From Paraspadella gotoi (Eukaryota; Animalia; Chaetognatha), in the NCBI GenBank assembly GCA_051294375.1, contig CM119263.1:8025935-8089934 (forward strand): a DNA stretch of 64,000 nt, in the 5' to 3' direction. Every line of letters begins with the position of its first letter. Within the stretch, counting starts at the first letter, position 1. Made by a program: the position numbers and the translations under genes. Below are positions 24,501 through 36,215 of the stretch, in pieces. The notes beneath the pieces are model-generated. The model was not told the DNA's origin and made no database searches. It saw only the letters and a list, made by a program, of their open reading frames with translations.

Positions 24501-27228
24501 CCGATTAAACTCTACTTCAACAGCGCTTCCCTCTTTACGGTCAATTAATTATTTATATAATATCTATGAATCAGTAAAAAATAATAAATAACTAAAGTAG
24601 CATAAAGCACATCTCATTGTCCATCGCTATCAACTCGACTGTCAGATTCTGCTTCTTTTGTTTCCAGGGGGCGTGGGCTACCATTTGGTTCCATTCTGCA
24701 CGACTTTACGTCAGTTTAATCATTTACGGAGTCGTGTTCGCGGTTGTGCATAGGTAATTTACGGTTCTTTTGAATCTCAGGCCGTGCTAAGAAAATTCGG
24801 ACCCCTTTATCAATTTCTTTTGCAGGTTCCCTTGTTGCTTGACAGTCGTTATGCGGGTGTAATAGCAATTATAGTTTGGCGTGCAGTTAACATAATTTCA
24901 GTTCTTGTTCATTCTTATCAGGGTTGAGTTATTCTATATTATAATATTAGATTATGTTAGTTAGGTTTTTTTTCTATACAAAAACAAAAATAATTCTTAA
25001 TTTCTTTCCACTCTTTTTTCCCGGGTTTGTTTTGGACAGCCATCTTTATCTCTCTTCGAACCCCGATTCTTGGCTGACATTATTTGGGTCTGGAAAGATT
25101 GGCCAAGTTCGTTTGGCCTGCTTTCGTTGTTCCAGGGCATTCGCCCACAATTATCGGAGCCCCTATGGCTGGTGAGGGAGAATTGGCTGGAGTGCCAGTG
25201 TCTGGAGATTTTTCGGGAAAAAAAACCACATCACTAAGAAAATTAAATACTTACACTTTGTGACTCGTAAATCTAATTTTTTCTCATAGTAACAAACATT
25301 ACTGAAAATAACTTTCACCAAAAAAGTTTTGATTCTGTTTTCTCGTTCGGCAGGATTCGTTTACGACATCTCACAAAATTACAACGCCACATTTTACTTC
25401 GCCGGATCGTTGATGGCCATCAGTGGCGCCATATTTTTTCCAAATCCGATGCATCCGAGTAAGAAAGAGATCCGCTGTTCATAATTTTTCTCAATGGAGA
25501 TGCTGTTGAGTCTCTTTTTAACTTTTTTATTTGATTCAGAATTAAATAAAAGGATACTTACGCAGATCAATTTTTATAATGATTAACTCGAATATAAAAG
25601 ATTTGATTTGTTTTTGAGTTTTGAAGTATACGACTCAAAACAATGTAAAAAATTATTTTTCGCAGCGCTGCTTCTCAACCAAGGGCCGCCGCACGCCAAT
25701 GCCTCCGCAACGCGCGCAGACTGCGAGCTACGCTGCCTCGACTGAAGACGCTTCTCGCTTCGAGGTTCGACGGCAGCCGTCGACGAAGCGGTTGGACGAG
25801 TGTGCCGAAGATCGTGCTGGAGGAGCCGACGGCGGACGAAGAGTTCGAAGGCCCTGACGAAAACGAGAACGTCAAAGAGTTTCTTGCGTCGTGGAGACTC
25901 TTGAAACGGAAATGGGAAGTGTGAGTTGGTGAAGTTGTCTCTCTGTCATGAGGCGTGCATTAAGAGAAACTTCGGACAATCACTCGGTCCTTTTAAAATG
26001 AATTAAGTTTCTTCTGAATGACGACTGTTTAAAAGTTAAATAGGTGTTTAATATTGTAAATAATTGTAATTACTGCTTTCACTCTGCTATGATTCTTAAT
26101 CGTGTGAATTTTTATCAATGTACATATGTATTACGCGCAATTTTTTTTGTTCATTAAAAAGCGATTTAATTCTCGCGAGCCATTTTATCAATATTTTTTT
26201 TCCTTGGTTTTTCTTTTTTAATGAAGATTCGTGGAGAAAAAGTGACAGATTTGATTAAAATGAAACAAAAACAAGTCCTTGTATCAAAAAATAGATAAGC
26301 TTCCAGCGACAGTATTTAAACTTTTACTCGTCGACATATTTTGCAAAATTTTTGGAAAAAAAAATGGATTTGTTTTTGACGTCCCTCCTTTTTATTTTCG
26401 CGTTCGCTTCTCAGCGAGGTAAGTTCAATTTCTGTTCTTGTTCTTTCGACTTTTTTAATTTGTTTTGCCTTTTTTTTATTACTTTATTTTTTTCTTCTTT
26501 TTTTTCTTTATTTTTTTTTTACAAGGGGATGCTTGCGTGAGATCGCGTCATCAGCTACTCCGAGAAGAGAGATTCGAAGATCCGAGGTTCCGCCTCACCT
26601 CCTTGGCCCCAACTCACCGCCGACTACGAAACCGCGCAAAGGAAAGGTGAGGATTCGAAGAAGTAAGAATTAAAATAGAGCGCTGTTCTTTTGTTTAATC
26701 TCCCTTTCCTCAGCTTCACTCCTGAGGAAAGCGAGGCGGCGCTTTTGACGGACGCGGCCGACGCGGTGGAGCCTTTCGTCGTCGGCGGAAGATCGCGCCG
26801 GAAAGGGGCGTGGCCTTGGCAGGCGGGACTTTAACGAAAGTCAGAGTTTCATGGGCCGATGTATTGTAGGATCGAATATTGGCTAAAAGATTTAGGTAAG
26901 TGAATCTTCGCGAATTGCTGAACCTGATTTTTTTCTTCCTTCAGCACTTTTCAGCATTTGTGCGGCGGATCACTGCTAAATGACAGATGGATTCTTACTG
27001 CAGCGCACTGTTTCAAGGCGACCAAAGGACCCTTCGAAATTCGCGTAATCGCTGATATGATTCTCGGTTACTATCTGACAGCACGGCATTCATACTCGCG
27101 TTTGCGATTTTCTATCATTCAAATTACTGTTGTATTGGGATTGCCTTCTTACGGGAAAGTGTCTGTCACGCTAAACTAATCCTTTTTAATACGATGCGTT
27201 GCTAAGTGTTTTTTTCAGAGTGATGTTA
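21560..27228 (+). other. Inverted, indel-rich duplicate of ~15644-21240 (MCT 3' exons plus protease 5' exons), likely fold-back assembly artefact
   Basis: Reverse-complement match throughout, e.g. 25660-25990 vs 16990-17310 and 26360-27228 vs 15644-16486. Differences are mostly single-base indels. Confidence 0.85.
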
Positions 27229-27934
27229 ATTAGAGGGGGGCGGGGAAACCCCCCCGTTTGGAGAGAGAGAGAAAGAGAGAAAGAGAGAAAGAGAGAAAGA
27301 ACGAATTACTGAAATAATTGATCAGCTATTTTTTTAATCTATTGTGCCACCTCGTTTTGATATTGATCCANNNNNNNNNNNNNNNNNNNNNNNNNNNNNN
27401 NNNNNNNNNNNNNNNNNNNNNNNNNNNNNNNNNNNNNNNNNNNNNNNNNNNNNNNNNNNNNNNNNNNNNNNNNNNNNNNNNNNNNNNNNNNNNNNNNNNN
27501 NNNNNNNNNNNNNNNNNNNNNNNNNNNNNNNNNNNNNNNNNNNNNNNNNNNNNNNNNNNNNNNNNNNNNNNNNNNNNNNNNNNNNNNNNNNNNNNNNNNN
27601 NNNNNNNNNNNNNNNNNNNNNNNNNNNNNNNNNNNNNNNNNNNNNNNNNNNNNNNNNNNNNNNNNNNNNNNNNNNNNNNNNNNNNNNNATCATTTGTGGT
27701 GGTATATTCACACCACCTCACGTCCATGCTCGTTCAGCCAATACTATTGGCTCATAGGGGGAACACACCATCCCAGGCGTCGTGTTACATCCACAGTCCT
27801 AACGACTTCACTNNNNNNNNNNGATTCAAAATTGGGATTCCTTTATCAAAGAGAGCCTGACTGAAAATGAAGTAAACATGACAAAAATAATTTAATCAAC
27901 AAAAAGCAACAAGAGAGAAAAAAAACTCGTCAGG

Positions 27935-30900
27935 CCAGGCTCTAATCGTCCCGTCACCTGTTAATTCCATTCGGCCTGGAGGCCGCCTGATGAAGGCTAA
28001 TCATGCTGGCGATGTTGGACTTGATGTCAGATCGTGATCCGATGTAGGGAATCTGATTGAGGCTCCCGACGAAGTAGAGTTCGCGACGGGATGGTGACTC
28101 GAGACGATCCTGACGAGATTAGAAATTGAGGTAGTTGAAGAGATTAGAAATTTAGGTAGTTGATGCGATTAGAAATTGAGGTAGTTGATGAGATTAGAAA
28201 TTGAGGTAGTTGATGAGATTAGAAATTGAGGTAGTTGAAGAGATTAGAAATTGAGGTAATTGAAGAGATTAGAAATTGAGTTAGTTGAAGAGATTAGAAA
28301 TTGAGGTAGTTGAAGAGATTAGAAATTGAGGGAGTTGAGGAGATTAGAAATTGAGGTAGTTGAATAGATTAGAAATTGAGAGAGTTGAGGAGATTAGAAA
28401 AAGAGGGATGAACTTTTTAAAATATATGTTGAATTTCCTTTCAGGAGGCATCTTATGCAAGATTACGGTCGAAAACAAGATAGCTAATTCGATTAAAAAA
28501 AATGGTAAAAATAATCACGTCTAGATTTTCAATTAGGTAATTTGCGTTTTTTTGTCTTAGGTTTAAAATCATAATGTATAGAATTATCAGCAAAAAAAAA
28601 AAAAAAAAAGAGTTGGTTTTAACTGAAGATGATGATAAAGGATATGGCCAATAAGATTTAAAATTTAAAAAAATGGTCAAATATAAAAAGTGACCTGTGC
28701 TGGCGTATAGTTCACACCGCTCACGTCCACCATCCGTCAGCCAAATCCATTGGCTCAGAGGGGGAACACACCATCGCCAGGCGTAGTGTTCCATCACAGT
28801 CTAACGACTTCCCTCTGGCGTTGGCAAAGCCGAGACCGTCTAGCCGGCTAGGGTAACCGCGCCAGTGACTGGAGGCGGTTCCACTGAGGGTCGGAGCCCC
28901 CACGCCACACGTGAGATGCCCCCATCCCTTGCCGGCACCTCACAGGCCAACCCGGCTGTTGCCATAAGTGGTGAGCCCTACTATCGAACACGCAACCTCT
29001 CAGGCGTACGCCTACGACAAACGCCTAGCCCTGCCCGACTTCGTCGGTTACGCTAACGACAAATGGCCTATGCCCCTGGGTACGCCTTACAACAAAACGC
29101 CTATGCCCCCACAACTCGCGCTCTCTCTCTCTTCTCCACTATGGTAACAGTCTTGTTCACGACACCTCTCAGGCTTAAGGAACCTGACGTGATGTCTTGG
29201 CCCGGGGATCCGTGCCGGTATATTCACACCCCTCACGCTCCCAACCATCCGCTACAGCCAAATCCATTAGGCTCAGAGGGGGAACACAGCCATCCCAGGC
29301 GTTAGTGTTCCATCCAGTCCTAACGACTTTCCCTCTGGCGTTGGCCATAAGCGTGAAGACCGTCCTAGGTAACCGCCGCGAGTGACTTGCGAGGCGTCAT
29401 TTTGAGGGTCTGGAAGCCCCCCAAGCCAACAGTGAGATCGCCCATCCCAATGAGCATCACAGGCCAACCCGGCTGTTGACCCATACCTGTCTCTTTTTTC
29501 AAAGAGATGTCGCGTCTCCCCTCTGCTTCGGTCGTCGATCGCCGCCTCCGACATTTGCGACACCAATACTTTCGCTCATGACTCCGTCCCCGTCTTCGTC
29601 AACGCCTCCGCCGCCGTCGCCCGCCACCGCCATCACGCCGTCGCCAACGTCTCGTCCCAGGGATTCCCCGAAAAATCGCGGGTCGTGCTTCGGAGGCGTT
29701 CGTGGTTGGAAGACGTTGTGGCCACGAGTGATGTCCACTTCGGAGATTTTGAATCTCCTCGTCGACTGTATGTGTTGAAATCGATGACATGATGGAGAGG
29801 GATGAGAGAGAAAGAGAGAAGAGAGAGAAAGACACGAATATTGAAACAATTACGATAATGTGAATTTTTTTAATCTATTGCCCACCTCGTTTTGATATTG
29901 ATCCAATGATTTGTTGGAACCCCGGTCGAGTTGCTGGGCGGGAGCTCTGCGTGAGCAAGAAAGAGGTCTGTAACCATATAAGCAAAATTATGATTTTGAA
30001 AATTATCGATGATAATGTAATTTCATTTGCTGGTGTATATTCACACCACCTCACGTCCATGATCGTTCAGCCAAAACCATTGGCTCAGAGGGGGAACACA
30101 ACATCACAGGCGTTGTGTTCCATCCACAGTCCTAACTCCTAACGACTTCACTCTACGTTGGCAAAGCGCAACCGTCCTAGGGTAACCTCGCCAGTGACTG
30201 GATGCGTCACTGAGGGTCGGGAGCCCCCGAAGCCAACGGTGAAATGCCCCATCTCAATGGGCATCACAGGCAACCCGGCTGTTGCCATCCATTAATCATA
30301 AATTAAGCTAAAATTTATTTCAATTTGGGTTTTTTTTTAATCCAAAATGAAAGGAATAATAGGATTGACCAAAAACTTACTACCGAATTGGTTTGATCCA
30401 GAGATTTGTTCGATTTTAAAATTAAAGAAATTGGCCTTGATTGACTGATCAACTGAAAAAGCATTTAGTGAATAAGGAAATGGGGGAAAATGGGAATTGA
30501 AGAAAAAAGGTTATTATGAATATTATCATTTTGTTTATTAATATTTTTGTCAGTCACAACGTTTTTGTCGTTGTTATCAATAACTCACCAGTGAAGGTTT
30601 CGATCCGCTGCCAACCGATCTCTCACGTGATCGCGTTGACTCGACTGTGAAACTTCGGTTGGAGCGAATTCCGACTGGAGTTGCCTGACCGCTCCTGCCT
30701 GGCGGGAAATTAGAGGTTCCTGAATCGAGAGCGAGGAGAGAGAGAGAGAGACAGACCGACTTACCGACGCTATTACAACGAGGAATGTTCACTCCGCCGG
30801 ATTCCTTTCCTGATAAATAAAACGGAATTAATATTAATAATATTAATTTTGTTTTAACTTTTTTATCAATATACGTTGGAAGTTGAAAAGCGTCGCAAAA

Positions 30901-32686
30901 TATCATCTGTTCCTGACTTTTGCATATCTTTTCACGTGAATAGGATCGACATTTGCTACTCTCTCTCGCGCAGGCGCTACCACCCATCCGCCTCGCCGTC
31001 TCTCACCATCTGTCCATCTCTCACCGTTTTCATCGCCCCAGATGATTGCGTACTCTCCCATTTCGTTGACAATGTCGTCGTCGCCGTGAAGGGTGATCTT
31101 CCGGTCGCGTTTCGCCTTCGCCATCAGTTGGAGGAGACCCTTGACTCGCCCATCCTCCAAGGATGTGCGCCTGAGGTGGAAAATGTGACGTTCAAAAGAT
31201 TATATTTTTTAATGAATGTCAACGTAAAACTTCAAGTCTAATCATCTTAATTTTCTTTTCATTCAATAATCCATTCTTTTTGTCAGCAGTGATTACATCT
31301 TATAAATACATGGTGTGCTTACTGCTTACTGCTTACTGCTTAGTGCTCACCCCTTTCGTCGGCTTTTTATGGAGGCTCTCTCTCTCTCTCATCCTCTCTC
31401 TCTCTCTCATCTCTCTTCTCTTCTCTCTCTCTCCTCTCTTTCTTCGTCTTTCTCTCGCTCTCTCTCTGCATTTCTCTCTCTCTCTCTCTCTCATCTCTCT
31501 CTCCACATCCAAGCAACCTCCTCCGGGCCGTCTCGGGCGTCCTGTCTCGGCGGGTCGGAAGAGAGCGCCGAAGACGCAACCGTTGAGAATGATGCCAGCG
31601 ATGATCCAGTTGGCGCCGCGGACGCCGTATTCGTTGAGGAGAAGCCTTTGTTAGAGAGTGGTCGTTCTTGGTTGATTGGTTTGAATTTATTTGCTTCGTT
31701 TTTTATCGCATTGTTGCTAAATTTACTGCAACTTATAAATCAAGTAAAAATAACATACGATTCTAAGCTTCCTCTCGTATTGCACATGTTCCTTTTCGAG
31801 CGCGCACCTGGACAAAGGAGCGAAGACGAAAGCGCCGATGCCGGATCCGCAAACGGCGATGCCGGTGGCGAGAGCGCGGTGCTTTTCGAACCAGAGGCCG
31901 ACGATGAGAACGGCGGGTAAGTAAACGAGCCCGAAGCAGATGCCTGGCAATGGTAGATGCAATTAAGTATACGGGTCTGAAGCATATGCCTGTAAATGTA
32001 ATATGAAATTAGGTATAAGAGTTCAAAACGGATGTAAAGAAATGGGAGATGCAATTAAGAATATGAGTCTAAAGCAGATGCCTGGGAATGGAAGGTGCAA
32101 TTATCGATTTAAATGAATTTTCCAATTATTTGTCTTCATTACGTGGTGCATAAAAATTTGAATAAAGAAATCAATAGAGTTTATTTCCAACTGTTCGGTC
32201 GATACCTCCTAGGGTCCCGTAAGTGAAGATGAGCATATCCACGGAGGTGCTGTAGGTGCTGGCGACGAAGGTGATGCAACCGAGGAGACTTCCGGCGACG
32301 GTCACCGAGCGGAACCCGTAGCGGTTGCAGAGCGTCGAAGAGATGGGGCCTGATTGGGACAAGACGGGCGAGATTGTGGAAGTCCAGTTTTCCTAAAAAA
32401 AGAGACTTACCCAAGGTAAGGTAGAACCCGGCCAAAAGAGATCCCACCCAGGCCATCTTGGATTTGCTGCATCCGACGAAATGTTCCATGAAGGCCACGT
32501 TGAAGATTCCGAAGGAGAAGCATACACCGTCGACGATCACCTCGGGGGAGATGGAGAAAGATTTTTTTTTTGGTAGAAATATTGTTGTGAGCGACATCTT
32601 TTACTTGACACAAAAGCGAAGCCACAACGATGGCCCAACCGAAACCCCCATCCGGAGGTGGATGGCGCCCCAGGTCGTTCCATTCT

Positions 32687-32757
<71 letters not shown>

Positions 32758-32961
32758 AGTAGCACCAGGTAATATTGGTTTGAAAAAGAGAAGTAGGAAG
32801 AACCGGAAGGTATCGATTAAAGTAAAAAAGAATTCACCTGTATTTTATACGTGGATTTCAATTCCTTCGTATTCATCATCGTCGTCGTCTTCGTCATCGT
32901 CGTCGGCGATGGTCATTCCCGCTGCGGCCATTACATCCGGGTCTTCTTCCAATGAGCTCAT
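27935..32961 (-). CDS. N-terminal and loop exons of the same SLC16/MCT gene
   Basis: ATG at 32961 (MSSLEEDPD...). Exons read HPPPDGGFGWAIVVASLLCQ, VIVDGVCFSFGIF, GPISSTLCNRYGFRSVTVAG, GICFGLVYLPAVLIVGLWFEKHRALATGIAVCGSGIG, LLLNEYGVRGANWIIAGIILNGCVFGALFRP, and the loop motif RRELYFVGSLNQIPY. Confidence 0.9.
28116..28400 (-). repeat. 25-bp tandem repeat (~11 copies) in an MCT intron; noisy copies at ~19430-19780 and ~23210-23500
   Basis: Unit AGATTAGAAATTGAGGTAGTTGAAG (gene strand CTTCAACTACCTCAATTTCTAATCT). Confidence 0.92.
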
Positions 32962-35900
32962 TTTCTGCGGCCAAAGAAAAGTCGCAATCGTAAAAAAATC
33001 TTTTGAAAATAAATACAATTTTGAGTGAATAATTGATATTTACTACCTTTTGCAAATCAAAAACGAAAATAATAGTGCCTGGTGCGCCAGATTTAAAGTT
33101 TCAAAAAGTTTTGAATAACTGTAGTTTTCAAAATCCTCTATTTGGGTTTTTGTAAAATATTTTAATTTCTCAAAGATTTATGAAAACAAAATAGAAAAAT
33201 AAATCTGGAGGAATTAAATAGAGGCGAGGAAAAAACACAGGCTTTCGTCTTTATCAGATAATTACTATATGATTCATAAAATGACAAAAAAATTTTTGTT
33301 GAACTTGAGCGTTTCTTGTAATGAAGATAAGGTAAAATGTTAAAAAGATAAGAGAAGTCAAAATGAACGGGAGTTCGAAATTTTAAACATATTTGTTATT
33401 GATATTAACAAATTAATAAAATGCAAAATAAACGCCGGCAGTCGACTTCAAGAAAGAAAAAGTTCGAAAATGATATTTCATTTCCAGACTCGAAGAAAAA
33501 AGTTTTTCTTTATCTAAAAGTGAGATTAGATTAATCGAAGCGACTTTTTAATCGGACGAATTGACGCGATGGCTCGCTCCGTTCTTTGTCAGTCATCAAC
33601 CCAGAAAGCTCCTTAACTCCTGTATGTTCACTCCAACAGTTTTCCGCAATGCCTTATCACTATCCATGTAAGATGTAAACCGATTTAACTTCGCCAATTG
33701 GATTTAAATTTAATATTTAAGTTAATTTTAAAAATAGAGAATACAAATAGATAGAGACGAATCGAATTAACGAAATTGATATATATTGAAAAAAATTTTA
33801 GTTGTAAAAATGATATATATGTCGAGCTTGAAGACGATAGTGGGCATTAAAGTGATATGAAAATAATAAAATTTTAGAAACTTAAAATTTAGCATATAAA
33901 ACATTAAAATAAAAACCAATAAAAATACTATGGTAACTTTATTTTTTAATTTTATACATTAGTGGGCACCAGTGAGCTATATTTATATATAATAATAAGT
34001 ATATAATTAGCTAAAATTTCAAAATATAATTTTTTAAATTTTAAGATTGGATTTGGATTCCTTGCAAAAAGTTGATATAAGAAAGTATAATTCTTTTTTA
34101 AAAATTCTTTTATTAAGTTATAACGCCAATTTTTAATTTCCAGCTTAAAAATATATTTTTTTGTAATTTTAACCTTAATGACATAATTTTTGAAAAAAGT
34201 TTATATTTTCTTATTTCAACTTTTTATGAGAAATCGGAATCTGTTCTTAGAATTAAAAAAAAAACCATTTTGAAATTTTTACATTATATAAGGGTAGTAC
34301 TATATACAAAATAAGCTGACTGGGCTACTATATTTTTTTTAAAAAAATTACAGATTAGTATTTAGTAATATGATAGTTTTCAAGATATAACTGCTCAATT
34401 TTGATTCTAAACTTTCACTTCACCCTAGTGGGCATGTACTAGCTGAGGACGAGACGGAAGAGACAGTTAAGATTTTATTTCAGTTTGTTTAAAAAAAAAT
34501 GATTCTTTTTTAAATGCCTTCCGCCAGGCGCGTCGCACATCTCGTTTCCAACAAAGGGATCAAAAACTACAGGGTGATAACAAGCCATAACAATACATTT
34601 CGTGACACCCGGTAGACAAAAAAAGTACTGGATCAGCAATAGAGACTTAAGTCACAGCTTAAGCAATTCTAGTGACATTTCTCCGAATTGGAATTCAAAA
34701 GCCTTTCACCCAAACGGGAGTGGAGATCCGCCTTCTCTCTCTCCTTCTACCCCACCTCCTCTTTTGTTTGCGCAAAAAGATAAAAGGGAACATTTTTGAG
34801 GCCCAAATTCGACTTTTCGCCTTTTAATTTTTTTTTTTTTTTCAAAGAACGACAGTCCAAAGTTGACGCAGTAAAAGTTTTACGGGTCAAAAACCGTTTT
34901 TCTTCGTCTTTTCTTTCTCTTACCTTTTTTTTCTTTTTCTTTTTTTTTTTCAGGTCGTCTTCGTTTTCGTCGTTGTTGTTGTCGCTTTTCAAAGAGATAA
35001 AAGGCGAACGAGGGTTAGAACGAGAGAGATATCGCGCTCGTTCAATTGATAACGGCGACATTTTGATTTCAGCTAATGCGAGGATAATGAGACGCCGAAC
35101 CCATTTTTGGACCACACCGACTTTTTCTTAGATAAAATCTCAGTTTTATTGCTCGAATATTATCGCCTTATTAACCATTTTAAATGATAAAAGGTTGATA
35201 GATTTCGTGGCACTATTAAAAGATTAAAATTAAGTTTTGAAAATACTACAACCACAAACGAATGAGTACATATATCTGGAACATTATGAATTTAATTATT
35301 TTTACCTCTCATGATCAAGAAGATGACGACCCAATATTTTTATTTTTTATAAAATAAGTTTTAGATTCACTTTCACGTTATAAACTATAAGAGGTATCAT
35401 ATTTAACTAACAACGCACGTTTTAGACGATCAAATTAGCTAGGTAGGGCCAAAGTTAAAAAAAAGTGATTCGCGTTTTGACGAATTTTCATATCTTATAT
35501 TTGATGATGAAAATTTGAGTCTTGTTAATAATAGAAATGAAAATAGAAACAAGTGTACAAAGATGAATCGTATAAATTTTGTTTTTTTAAAGAGTAGCAC
35601 CAAAACGACGAACGTTCGCTGTTACAAAGTCCAATCACCTTGTTCTCTATAGATTGAGTTGTGATTTTTAATCGCCGAATTTCTAATCACAGCGATCACC
35701 TTTAAAAAAAAAAAAAAAAAAAAAAAAAACTTTTTTTTTTTCACAGTCCTTTTTTTTGTTCTAAAACCGCATTTAAAATTAATTAGAAATAATAAAAAAA
35801 GAGAATTGGAAAAAAGCCAAGAAAGCGTTTGATTGTTTGTCTGCGAGCAAGCTAATAGGATGACCAAAGAGCAGCGAGGGACGGGGGGGGGGAAGGTGGC

Positions 35901-36215
35901 TCAAGATGTTGAAAGAAAAGGGTATGGGCGAAATATCGGGGAACGGAGGGTTAGGAATTCTCTCTATGGGTCAGAAAATATGAGAGATATGAGATGAAAT
36001 TGATGGATTTATGAGAGATTTATTCGGTTGCGGTCCTCTTTGGAGAATTCCGGGGAAGATACTAAAATAAGGGAAAGAAGTGAAGACGTTACTGAAAAAA
36101 TCCGGATAAAAATTCCATATAATTGCAAAAGGAGACCGTTTTTGGGACAAAGAGGAGATTTTGGAGATTGAAGAAAAGATTTAGGGAGAAAAAAATTGAG
36201 GAAACCCAAAAAAAA

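Noticed and set aside
26352-27228. Second serine protease gene or pseudogene
   Set aside because: It lies in the noisy inverted arm, is truncated at the junction, and differs from the first copy mainly by indels typical of raw long reads.
28698-29490. Novel ORFs or tandem exon amplification
   Set aside because: These are garbled repeats of one MCT exon (cf. 30030-30290) next to gaps, most likely gap-filling noise.
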